From Phoronis australis (taxonomy: Eukaryota; Animalia; Phoronida): DNA of 37,383 nt. Location: contig NMRA01000167.1 in assembly GCA_002633005.1 (NCBI GenBank), positions 325,785-363,167 of the forward strand, in the 5' to 3' direction. Positions 12,076 to 23,854 of the stretch are shown here, piece after piece. Position 1 is the first letter of the stretch. Every line of letters begins with the position of its first letter. Below the pieces are notes generated by a model. That model was not told where the DNA came from and searched no databases. It was given only the letters and a program-made list of their open reading frames with translations. Made by a program: the position numbers and the translations under genes.

Positions 12076-13191
12076 CAGCTCTTCTGCAAACATGTGTTGA
12101 TGTGGCTGATCTTTACAGTGAAGCTGGTTATTACAAAATAGTCAAAAGCCTGCATGTATTTTAAACATACCATATTCGTATGTGTCTTCGGCATAATTCA
12201 TTTGACTGCTTTTCAAATACAAGTATATGTACATTTTTAATGATCGGGAATGCGAGCATTTTAGACAAGATTTCTCACGACTATTCATAACGCAGTCGTT
12301 TACTGTAGCTGTAGCTGCAGCGCAAATGCTTTAAGGCGTCACACTGAAGGACAGGCATCTCACGAACCTTCAGTGATATGAAAATTATCAACTCATAACT
12401 AATCGTACAAATCGTGATCGTTGGGGTAACAGAATATTCAAGTTGTCTTTCAACAGAAAGTTTTGGCAAAGGTTGTTAAATAGTTACCCAAATAACTGAT
12501 GTGTTTTGTGGAAAGTAACATAAAAACGCTCAACGCGGAATGCCACGGAAGTCAAATCCGTCTGACAATCGCCAGACGGCGGTACATAACTACCATATAC
12601 CTCTTGCTGTTGCCATCGGAAAAATAGAATTTTCACGAAAAACACGAGAAAATCGTTGACGAATTGGCTTTCAGGAAAAATCTTGAGTCAAAGACAAAAT
12701 GGCGGCTTATCTTTAAAATTTTTCTGCTGATTTTCACTACAATTTTATCACGATCTGCTCACGTGAATTTTTATTGAAAAAAATCATTAAAAACGTCAGA
12801 TGTGTCTCGATGGCTATCGCTGTCCTTTTTGCACGAGACATTCTTTGTGTGTGCAAAACAATAACAGGGTAGCAGATTCAGACCTATACTTTGCCTGCTG
12901 ATGGAAATTTTATGGTATGAGTAGATTTTATCAGTCCAGTTTAGGTGCAGGGGTAGATATTCATTAAGAAAATAGACGCTGCGTTGGCAGTCCGCCTTTC
13001 TTAAACAGACGTCAAGTTACGAGTCCGGTGAGCGTAACGGCTGCCTTTGCACAATTCCGTGCGAATCTTGACGCGGTGACAGATTTGGAAAACCCCAAAA
13101 GCAAAACGTTTCGGCCATGTCGAGATCTTTTAGTATGAAGCCATCGTCGTCTTATCTAAAACTCAAAGTATCGGTTTTTTCTGATAATCTG

Positions 13192-13556
13192 GGCCCAGTG
13201 TTTAATCTTTTTACTCGAAATGGGACTCGAAATATTGTTTGACATTTTCTACTCTACTTTTGTGCGAACTCAAGGTATTATTCTATGCTCGAGTACATAA
13301 TGACTTAGGGAAGATAATTCATTAGTCCTAGTTTTCAGTTGAGTTACCCAACCTAAAAGTTAAAAGAGTTTGAACTCGAAATTGCGAGTTTTTGCTCGAG
13401 TTTGTAGCACCAATATAGGGGTCAAACTTAGACTATAAACTCAGATGCATAACACACTCTGATAACCACTTAACTTGAGTTTGCACAAAAGGAGCAGGGG
13501 AAATTGCCAGTTGTAATATCGAGTTCGTTTCGAGTACAAAGATTAGAGACCGGGCC
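13192..13556. mobile_element. PIF/Harbinger-type MITE, family copy A (365 bp)
   Basis: Imperfect TIRs GGCCCAGTGTTTAATCTTT / AAAGATTAGAGACCGGGCC, with an identical CTG on both flanks (13189-13191, 13557-13559). Homologous in reverse orientation to 15389-15768. Confidence 0.8.
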
Positions 13557-13864
13557 CTGAACATCTTACAGTGTGGTCCAAAACTCGTTTTCATATAGAA
13601 CACAGCTTGCTGGAATCATAAAGGGTATATTTCGAATAGTATAACCCTTTGACAACCTGCTGGATATGATCGTTTTGACATACCTTACTCTACCACCCAC
13701 TCACATAGTAATCGGTTTGTTTGATCATAGAACTATAGCTCTGAAATGCCAACTTCTACATGTATATCGCGGCCGCTGAGGTTGCGCCGCGGTTGTTTGA
13801 CAGTTGTTTGCATTCTTTTGTTTCGGGCTGTGGAATTTACTGTTAATAAAACTTTTGTAACTCC

Positions 13865-14213
13865 CCCGTTTTTCAAACAAGTTGCTTAAGAGCCATATCA
13901 TTAGAAGTATTTTGTGAAGATTTTTTAGATAGCCAGAACAAACTTCTTAAATGGGAAAGCATTAAGAAAAATTATAACTTAAAGAATACGTCTATCATAC
14001 CATTTTATTCCACCGCAACGACCTTGAAGAAAGTTCTGGGTCCGTCGGATAGAAAGATTGTTAGTTGTAATAACATTAGATTTCTATTCNAAGATGATGT
14101 ATTATACTCTAGTAAGTTGTAGAGATACGTAGTTGGGGCTACCCAACCCCAGCCGTATCTACTATTCATTAATGATATGCTTTCTGGGTAAATAAACGTA
14201 TTAATAAAAAAAA
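13865..14213 (+). mobile_element. Possible L1/Tx1-like LINE extreme 3' end
   Basis: AISLEVFCEDFLDSQNKLLKWESIKKN resembles an ORF2 terminus; followed by an imperfect hairpin (GATACG..TTGGGG / CCCCAG..CGTATC, ~14126-14159), AATAAA and an A-run. An N at 14090 interrupts the region. Confidence 0.3.
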
Positions 14214-15388
14214 TTTAGAAGTACTTTGCCAGTTCGTGATGATTATACCAAAAGCAAATGATGAATTATATAATTAATAAATAATTATTACATCGCATAA
14301 CTAACTGATTTAATAATATTTTTGAATTCTAAAAATAAAGAATGTTACTAAAATGCGAAAAAAAATTGGGGAATAGTAACATAAAAAAGAAATGAACCAC
14401 AAAGGTTATAAAATGACGATTTAAGTCATTATGGAAACTATTTCAATCATTCAAAAGAATTCTGCACAATAAAGACAAGGTTTCAGAATACAACTGTATG
14501 GATCTTTGACGGGCAACTACAAGTCATTAATAAACGTACAATATATGGAATACAGAAAGAAAATACATAAACGAGAGAAAACTATAGGCAAATATGACAA
14601 TTTATACTCATCTCAATGGACTCTTGTGTCCGTAAACATGATACAGACGGGCGCAGAGCGAAACACGTCCGACGGCTAAATGAACGAGTACACGAGACCA
14701 TAATCTAGAAACCAATAACAATAGATGTCGCCACTGAACGACCAACAAAACACTGTCAATAGACCAAAACCCGGTGTGGTATCCTTTTAACATCAAACCA
14801 GATTTGCACAAAGAGTAGTCCAGGAGATGATACCCTTACGAACGTGGCATGTTCACATGGAAATCGACGAATAACAGTAGGCCTACGTGCGAACTTTTTT
14901 ACACACAATGCCGGGTTTCAGTGATTTCACTTTCTCGTGGTGTTACCATTTTATTGCTTCTTAAGGCAAAATCTATCACCATCTTCTACGATAAGTGAAG
15001 ATAAGAAACTGGAAACTATCCCCACGGTGACAAGTTCTGGCTATATTTGTCTGACCTCCCGATTGACTCAGCACGACGCCAAATACATTTTGTAAAACAA
15101 AAAGAATTAACCACAATTGAGTACACATAACTGATTTTTAATACTGATCTTCATCTGATTTTGACGACAGGAATCATTGAGTTACATCATACCCTTAGAG
15201 ACTTCGTCTCCATGTAATGGCGACTCTCATTATTTCAGTAAGGGAGAGAATCATGAGCTATTCCCACACGTGCCGGTTTTTTGCGTGACGCTTTTTTCAA
15301 CTAGGTTCTACCCTCGCTGTTTTTGCAAAACTTACAGGGTCCCTGGCCAGAGCAGTCCGATTGCAGCTAANGCATGTGGTTGCAAACT

Positions 15389-15768
15389 GGCCTGGTCTCT
15401 AATCTTTGTACTAGAAACGAATTCGAAATTATTTTTAGCAATTTCTCTGCTCCTTTTGTGCGAACTCAAAATACGTGCTCGAATACATTATTGGTTACGC
15501 ATGTGAGTTTCTAGTCCAAGTTCGCATGTGAAGACCCTTATCTACAAACTCGAGTAACAACTCGAAATTTCGAGTTCAAATTAGAGCTTTTAGCCTTAAT
15601 GTTGAGTTTATCAACTGCAAACTAGGACTAATAAATTATCCACGTAAGTCATTATGTACTTGAGTATAGGATAATAGACACTTATCTTGAGTTCGCTCAA
15701 AAGTAAGGTAGAAAATGCCAAACATATTTTCGAGTTCCATTTCAAGTAAAAAGATTAGTGACCGGGCC
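15389..15768. mobile_element. PIF/Harbinger-type MITE, family copy B (inverted relative to copy A)
   Basis: TIRs GGCCTGGTCTCTAATCTTT / AAAGATTAGTGACCGGGCC; internal sequence is reverse-complement similar to 13192-13556. Confidence 0.75.
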
Positions 15769-16740
15769 GTGATGTGACCGCATTGTTGCAGCCGACTCCG
15801 GCTTGTGGTATGTTTGAATGTTTGAGCTGAGTACTGTTGGAAGTCCACAAGATGACACTCTTGAATGTCAACACAATCTTGAGCCTAAACTCAAAAGGAA
15901 TAGATTGAATCTTGCTTGAATTTTGAACGAATGAATTGTAACTTATACTGCGTGCTTCGGAAAGTGAACATCCGGCCAAGGAACATTGAGAAGTGGTATT
16001 AACTCATTGTTTTGCGCAGTGCGTTACTAGCTGTCCACAACAGCGAACGTACACGTGCTGACACATGTAATGCTTTTTACAGTCTAGCTGCAATGTCAAT
16101 ATGTGGGACTCTGCTGCCAAGGCTTTGNCGCACGTGAAGACCCTTATATTTGTCTACAAACTCGAGTAACAACTCGAAATTTCGAGTTCAAATTAGAACT
16201 TTTAGCCTTAATGTTGAGTTTATCAACTGCAAACTAGGACTAATAAATTATCCACGTAATCATTATGTACTTGAGTATAGGATAATAGACACTTATCTTG
16301 AATTCGCACAAAAGTAAGGTAGAAAATGCCAAACATAGTTTCGAGTTCCATTTCAAGTAAAAAGATTAGTGACCGGGCCGTGATGTGACCGCATTGTTGC
16401 AGCCGACTCCGGCTTGTGGTATGTTTGATTGTTTGAGCTGAGTACTGTTGGAAGTCCACAAGATGACACTCTTGAATGTCAGCACATAATCTTGAGCCTA
16501 AACTCAAAAGGAATAGATTGAATCTTGCTTGAATTTTGAACGAATGAATTGTAACTTATACTGCGTGCTTCGGAAAGTGAACATCCGGCCAAGGAACATT
16601 GAGAAGTGGTATTAACTCATTGTTTTGCGCAGTGCGTTACTAGCTGTCCACAACAGCGAACGTACACGTGCTGACACATGTAATGCTTTTTACAGTCTAG
16701 CTGCAATGTCAATATGTGGGACTCTGCTGCCAAGGCTTTG
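15523..16740. repeat. Apparent ~610-bp tandem duplication (15523-16127 / 16129-16740) split by a single N; probable haplotype/assembly artefact
   Basis: Units start CGCA(T/C)GTGAAGACCC and end CTGCCAAGGCTTTG, are near-identical with small indels, and the N at 16128 is exactly at the junction. Confidence 0.85.
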
Positions 16741-17149
16741 CCTCAGTCTGCCAAATATCTAGAAAACAATTAGATTCAACTCAGTATTAAAATACATACT
16801 TTCTGAATTTTGAACAACTTCACAATTTGATTATGTCGTTCGGAGTTTACATTAACCTGGCAAAGTTTGGGTCTCGGGACCATGGGCACGTTCCCTATTG
16901 CAGAAGTGGGTCTTTATTAAACATTTTTTGAGAACAGTGCAATGTTTCATTTCAATCCGAAATCGGGATTTTTTTCTGTGCTCCTACGTATAACATTAAA
17001 CATTAAAATCGCGTACGAAAAAAAATGGTTTTAAATCCACGACCAATGCTTGGGCGCACAGGTTTATAATAAATTGTTTTCTCTTTAGAGGAAGACAACC
17101 TTCGGGCCACGACCTTGGAATATACCACTTTGAAGACTATACAACCCGT

Positions 17150-17213
17150 ATGGAACCACTCTTGATTATGCGTCTAATCTGCCTAGTCTCTTTTGCATTT
17201 GCGACAGTCGGAG
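17150..17213 (+). CDS. Candidate first coding exon encoding a signal peptide (MEPLLIMRLICLVSFAFATVG); rest of gene not located
   Basis: Acceptor TTGTTTTCTCTTTAG ending at 17088, ATG at 17150, 21 codons with a hydrophobic core and small residues at the end, then a consensus phase-1 donor GAG|GTAAGT at 17213/17214. Confidence 0.5.
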
Positions 17214-17563
17214 GTAAGTCTTCTCGCTCACTACTTTTTGTGCAAACAAGCCTTCAGTTTGTAAGCAACGTGCATCGTGAGGACAGCTTTCTGCCTTTAA
17301 CTTTTACTCTAAAATTGGTGGTTTTCCCTGATTTTCGGGTGGTCACCGAATTTGTTTTTCCGTTACAGCTACTTCAAGTTAAACAGATGCACATTTAGAG
17401 ATAAAGCGAACATGGCTTACTAAAACTCCATCTATAATAAACAGCTGAACAATTAAATAACAGAATATTTTCACAAACGAATGCTCAGCAGGAACACAAA
17501 CAGCTCGTATCACATCTTTGGTCTCTTAACGTGGTCACGGATTTGAAAATTTTTAGCGTACTA

Positions 17564-17712
17564 ACCCCTGATTTCGCTGCTGGAGCATTAAACCTCAATT
17601 GGTCATATTATCTTTCTTCAAAATTGTGTGTTTTCAGCAACAAAAATAAGGAACTTACAAAATAGATTCGAAGTTGTGCTTTGGTGACTGGAATAAGCAA
17701 TGTGCACTGTGC
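17564..17712 (+). repeat. Dispersed repeat, diverged copy of 37225-37383 (probable non-autonomous DNA transposon)
   Basis: Colinear shared blocks ACCCCT.ATTTCGC.GCTGGAGCAT, TGTTTTCAGCAACAAAAAT, TACAAAATAGAT, TTTGGTG.CTG.AATAA, ACTGTGC. Confidence 0.75.
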
Positions 17713-18883
17713 ATAATTATTTGGCATTTATTCAAATTTGTGCGAGACGGGGGGGATAATCCCCAGACCACTTTTCCAGGCTAATTTTAGTGGCTGTCTT
17801 GTGATCCTTTTGCCGCCATATTGCACCTTGTGGCGTTATGTAACTTTTTGAACATGTAGCTATAGAGCTAGTCTTAATGACTGAGCAAAAAATATTGCCT
17901 CAACTTAACATTTTAGTGAAAATTGTCTTACAAAACTGTGTATTTTGGAAATGATGAGCAGAGTTTACAGACCATTTGAACGAAATATTGAAGAATTCTG
18001 CATTAAACTGTTATAAAAATCAAGCCTAAGCTCTTTCAAATGAAAACAGGTTGTTTTCTGGATCTAGGACGCGTTTAGTATCAAAACCTAACACGATGAC
18101 TTTTGCCCAGTGAGTCAGTTGACATTAGGTTTGAGGATATATAAAAAACCTGTACATGTAACTCTCTTGTTTTCTTCCTGTATCAGCTTAATTTAAACTT
18201 AAATTTGGAAGTAAATGCCTTTGAAGTTTGAACTTGTGAGAAATGGTATTTGTAAAGTCTGATTTTAAGGGTTTCATGGGGAATGAAGGTCCTTCCTGCT
18301 CAATTAGATAGGTTTGGGAGCTGCTGTAAAATACTTCGTAAATCAAGGCCAGTGCCAGAGGATGACCTCCTACTAGCCAGTGAATTTGTGACTGAGCAAG
18401 ACCAGTCGTGGAGTCAAATCATGTGCGATTTTCATCGAAGAGAATTTGGTGCCGGTTTTCACCCAAGCAGAAAGAGTCTGTACCTTGAACACCTGAAATG
18501 ACAGTAGTCAATCCAGTGTCATACATGTAGCAGGCACGAGTTCTTATCCCCACCCCATCCCCCGGTCGGTAGCTGTGTAACCCCCGATTAACAGATGCCT
18601 GGAGCGCCCCCTTTGCACAACACCTGTTTGGCACTTGTGTTGACTGAGTTAACGATTTTTTTACACTGAACAGAGGGTCATAGCCCCCTTGGATGCCCCG
18701 TTCTTATGCCAGTGGCTCACACAACGAAGATAAAAATAGAGAGCAAGGCACATTTGGCTTCTGATCGCGTCCACAGTCTCAATGTGAACAAACAGGGACG
18801 CCATCAATCACACAGACGAAGAACGCATGCCCGTCAAAATTTATATACATATTTTTTGTAATATGTAATAATCATCAATCTGG

Positions 18884-20240
18884 TTTTTTAGAGAATGGTA
18901 ATTATGCGCCCACGTATTTATATGCCATCATCTCCGTCCGTCCGTCCGTCCGTCCTTCAGTCAGGGCGGCGTCCGTCCGGCGTCCGGCTTCCGCTGCTCT
19001 ATCTCCAAAACCCTTTGACTAACGTTCATGAAATTTGGCACATATGTTCCATTCATGAATGGGACGACATGAGCGAACTTTGGGACGGATCCGACTACCG
19101 GTGTGGCCCCTAGTGGCAATTTAATTTTTTACGCTTACCTTTGTGTCTTCAAAAGTCTTGAATTGATTTTCATGAAATTCGGTATGTAGGCACCTATTAG
19201 TGAGATGACGCTATTCTCCCCTTTTCGGATGGATTCGACGTAGTTTTCGCCACCTAGTGACCATTTTTACTGTCTGCGAGTCTGTTTTTAGCGTCCACCC
19301 CTCTATCAACCAAACCGCTCAAAGGATGGCTGTGAAAATTGGCATGTGTGTGCATACTTTGAAGACGACGGTTGACTATGATTTTCCGACGATTTTGACT
19401 ACTGTGGCGCTATGGGAAGTTTTTTGCGCCTATGGCTGTATCTCCTAAACCTTTCGCAGGATCTTCACGAAATTTAGTAAGTATATTTATATGATGTAAA
19501 CAATGGACGACGACGACTTTTGGACATATCTGACGACGGGTGTGCCCCCTAGTGGCAATTTTATTCTTTACGTTTACCTTTGTGTCTTCAAAAGTCCTTA
19601 ACGGATTTTCATGAAATTTAATATGTAGGCACCCATTAGTGAGATGACGCTATCCTCCCGTTTTTGAATGGATTCGACGTAGTTTGCGCCACCTAGTGGC
19701 CAAATTTACTATTTTTGGATCTGTTTTTTGCGTCCACCCCTCTATCAACCAAACCGCTCAAAGGATGATTGTGAAAATTGGCAAGTACGTGCTTACTATA
19801 AAGAGTACGGTTGACGATGATTTTCCGACGATTTCGACTACTGTTGCGCCCACTATAGGCAGTTTTGTTTTTGTTGCGCCTGTGGCTGTATCTCCTAAGC
19901 CGTTCGCAGGATCTTTACTTTGTTTAGCAAGTGTATTTATATGATGTTGACTAGGGAAGACGACGACTTTCGGATAGATCTGACTACTGCTGTGCCCCCT
20001 AGTGGCAATTTTCATTTTTTACGTTTAACTTATTATCTTCAAAGGTGCTCAACAGATTTTCATAAAATTTTAAATATAGGTATCTGTTGGTGTGATGATG
20101 CTATCTTCTTGTTTTTGAATGGAATCGAGGTATTTTTGGCCACCTAGTGGCCATTTTTTGCTGTTTTCAAATCTTGTTTTTGGTGTCCACCCCTGTATCA
20201 ACCAAATCATTTGAAAACTGGCATATATGTTCTTTTTAGA
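18884..20240 (+). mobile_element. Helentron-associated (HINE/DINE-1-like) non-autonomous element with (TCCG)n microsatellite and central ~146-bp tandem repeats in ~440-450-bp trimers; 3' end not seen
   Basis: (TCCG)n at ~18933-18955, then monomers carrying TATCTCC/TATCAAC...ATGAAATTTGG-like segments. Anchor TAGTG at 19111, 19255, 19550, 19694, 20000 and 20145 gives periods of 439 and 450-451 with a ~144-145 sub-period. Microsatellite plus core repeats is the established HINE layout. Confidence 0.75.
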
Positions 20241-20244
20241 TTAT

Positions 20245-20664
20245 GAACAGGTTAGGAATGGCTGAACAAATTATTGCAAAGTCAACTTTTATGCTGATGA
20301 TGTAGTGGTATTTGCCGAGAGCGAAGAAAATTTAGAGGGTTTATTGAATATAGTTGATAAATGGTGCTCTAAATGGAGGCTAATTGTCAATCAGAAAAAA
20401 ACTAATATTATTCACTTGAGATCCAAGCATGTCTCTCGTAGTTTATATCCATTTCGGTTGGGTCGACTAGACCTAGAATATGTACCCGAATAAAAATATT
20501 TAGGAATAATTTTAAATGCACATTTGAAGTTTTCTGAAACTGCTAAAACTATATCCGAATCTGCCGGAAGAGCTTTGGGCGCTTCAATTAATAAATTTAA
20601 AAAGAATAAAAATATGAGGTACAGAACGTTCACTACATTATTCAATACTTGTGTTGTGCCTGTT
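20245..20664 (+). mobile_element. Non-LTR retrotransposon (CR1/L2 group) reverse transcriptase fragment
   Basis: FYADDVVVFAESEENLEGLLNIVDKWCSKWRLIVNQKKT...LEYVPE*KYLGIIL...TLFNTCVVPV. YADD starts at 20290; in-frame stop at 20491-20493. Confidence 0.9.
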
Positions 20665-21700
20665 AGAGTGCAGACAGTTGTGAAAGTAAATTATTGGGGA
20701 CAAATAAAACAACAAGAATAATGTATATTTTAAGTTATATTGGGAATTTCAGGGTCACAGCTCTACAAATAAACATTTCACAGAAGGAACCAGATGGGTT
20801 CCTTAATTACAAGAGGTAACACACTCATTTGCGATACCCAAAGTACAATTGAGTATCGGATGCTAAGTGGCACAGGTTAGCAATAGTACCAAATTGGTAC
20901 ATAATACCAAACAGGTATTGGCCGATTGCCTACCAACTGGGTCGAGCAAAACGGCAAATTCAATAACAAGTACCAAGTGGGTACAAACTGCCAAATTGGC
21001 AAATATAATATAAAGTACCAAGTGGGTACACTAAACAGCCAACTGGGCTATAACAACCTGCGAAGCAGGGTTCCGGACAAGCTGAGTGAGCAGACCAGCC
21101 GGAGTGATAAAAAGAGACATTGTAAGGAACGTGGTGTTGTGGCTCAGTATGTGCCACATGGTCAGGGTTGTTCATGGATGAACAATCCTGTCCACCGCCA
21201 CAACCCGCGTGGGGGCCGTGACCCTGGTAGAGGAGTGGCAGGGGTTGGGGAAAAAAAGGAAGAATGAGAAAGGGACCGATGCCATTCCCGGATTTGCCTC
21301 CATAATCATTGAAGCTCACCCCCCCCTCCGGAGTGCAGGCACGGCGTTCGACTTGGGGCACAGCCCACGAGGACAGTTTGGATATCTCACGATGAGCAGT
21401 ACCGCTCCCGCAGAGCTCGAAACCCAGCCACACCCTGGCTTACGATAGAGCCGGAGTTGTGGCTGGTGTACATTACCGGCACCTCTACTGACACCATACC
21501 ACACTCACTTACCGGACAATCCTATGCATTTACTACAAGGGAAATTGCATTACAGAACAGTGCAGGCACCGTAAACATACCTGGAGGACCTCCAGTGGTT
21601 CCCACCCGAGCATGACAGTTGAGCTAGATGAACCCATCAAGGAACCGGTTCAAACCTAGGACAACATGTTCCACATCAGTCCACATGCAACAATTATTAT
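20661..21700. mobile_element. Unclassified, partly GC-richer insertion that truncates the LINE RT
   Basis: Starts TGTTAGA where RT similarity stops; contains a direct repeat AAGTACCAAGTGGGTACA x2 (~20968, ~21013). No recognisable protein motif; right end uncertain. Confidence 0.3.
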
Positions 21701-22505
21701 ATACTAGACAAGTTTAGCGGTAGAATGCTTCTGGCGAACAAAAATAAAGGGTCAAAGCTCGAAACAACATTAGCCATAAGGCTCGTGTACAATGAATGAA
21801 TACAGTACGACACATACAATGGAGGACCAATCAATTCTATTTTAGAAGCCAAAAATATGTGATGGTATGCGTTTTCTTTTGTCTGTTGCTTAAAAACATC
21901 TCGTTTAGTAGTATTACTACATTATCCACTTCTGAACCAAATCTGCCCACACTGCTATGAGAATGAAACTTAGCTCAAGTATTGACAAATATGTAGCTTT
22001 CGTCGCAAAAAAATAAAAACATTGTCAGGTAGCCTATTAGTTATATTTTTGACACCTCAAATGTACTAAAACGAAAAATTTTCCAATATCTGGGATCGCT
22101 GCGACAGCACCTATAATTTGTCAGTTTTAATAAATTTGGTATATTGGAATTGGGTTTGTTTCTCCGGAATGTTTCACTGCACACCAACTAGGACTAAAAT
22201 ACTCCAAAATACCATACATGGCTCCGTTTTTGAAAAAATCGATCGTGTCCTCCCTGGTAAACGGGATTACAGACATGAACTCGACAAATGAACTTTAATT
22301 ATAATTTTATAGATGTTAATGCCTTGAATTTTTCTCACGAGGATTTTTTCCCACATATTTAAATGAGATTTTCCGTTGATCAAATGTTCATGTAATGCAT
22401 TGTAATATCAAATAAAGGATACGTTTTGAGGCATAACCACAATTTTTCAATGGACTTAAAACAAAAGGCACAGAAATCTCTTGTCACTGGACAGTGCAAA
22501 TTTTT

Positions 22506-22660
22506 TTAACAGTAGGCATTTGGAGAAATTGCTTGATTTGATGCTTTTATGTTTGAAAACAAGATTTTAATTGTAACATTTTCGTCAGACTTAGGATTAT
22601 CTTCAACATCGCCAGCTAAAGGAAGACACATGGCAATAATGATTCCGTAATCCATACAGG
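22506..22660 (-). mobile_element. Probable start of a non-LTR retrotransposon ORF with a decayed 2A-like motif
   Basis: MCLPLAGDVEDNPKSDENVTIKILFSNIK: LAGDVE.NP (GDVEDNP at 22613-22593) followed by a first-strand motif like that of APE endonucleases (IKILFSNI). Confidence 0.5.
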
Positions 22661-23854
22661 TGCTATGTGAACAACAATCAAACACGTCAGTAAAATGTCG
22701 AGCATGCATAGCACGTCTCACACGAAGCCGCGAGAAGAATTGGTCAGTGAGCATGCAGAGAGAAGAATTGCCAGACCAGACAAACTCGCTCTACTCGAGG
22801 CACCCAATTGATAGCCGATATAACAATAAATACATCGATGCGTATTGACAATTCAAGATTAGTTAAAGGAATAAGGTTGTCTGGACAAATAAATGAGTCA
22901 ATTTGAAACAACATTTATATCATAATTTCGCTTACAAGTATATAAATAACAAGTTAGTTCACTAGCACGACTTCTAAATTTAATCTTAGGAAACCATATA
23001 CATGTAGTTCTGTTGTAGGGTAGGTGAATAAAAAGCACATATTTCTTTGATAACGTAAGCAGACAAATTGGTAAACTATAATTGACCTTAAGATATGTAC
23101 AAAGAAAAAATGGTCAATTAATTAGGGACAAAACAAAGAAAAAATAAGGTTTCAACACTCAAATACACTGGCGACAACAAAAATGAAGTATTGAAGATCT
23201 CTCACATTGGATAACTTAGTTGTAACATAAATGCTCGTCACTATCTTTATTATAACAACGGAAACAATGGATCCATCTCCAGGTTCCCGTGGGGTGACCA
23301 CGGAAGAGGAATCCCAAGTATTCAAAACAGTTATCACGCACCGCAGTAACTCTTAGCGCACACACGACTAATTTCCATGGAACCTAAACGCCACATTTTT
23401 ATTTCTATGTATCACGTTGAACTGCTCATGTCAGGGGTCCAGTTCCCGGTTGCATGAAATAGTCCCAAATAGAGACTCAACCAAGCTTTCTATATCTACT
23501 ATGTATTTGTGGACTTGTGAAAACTCTGACTGTCTTTTCGTATGCTGTTTGAATAACATTACTAGGCCAATTATTGGCTTTGATGCAAATCGAGAGTGAA
23601 CTCTACGTCGAATTCTCATTATTACAGAAAACAAGAATGGATCTTTTCGTGCAACGCCCCTAATTTATTTCTTTGATTGAATTAAGGGCTCAGTTTTTAG
23701 TTACATTATCAGAAAATGTCATTAGCCAAAGGTGAGCTCGTAACAAACGTAAAATGATAGAAAAACATTAGATATGTGAGTTATGAACGAAACAAATATG
23801 CAAAACATTTAAGGAATATAGCTGTGTCCTTAATAGGGACTGTTTCATTCAACA

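Noticed and set aside
23431-23634. Minus-strand IESLVESLFGTI resembling the Penelope RT motif SLDVESLFTNI
   Set aside because: Short weak match on the opposite strand to the Penelope remnant, with no convincing flanking motifs.
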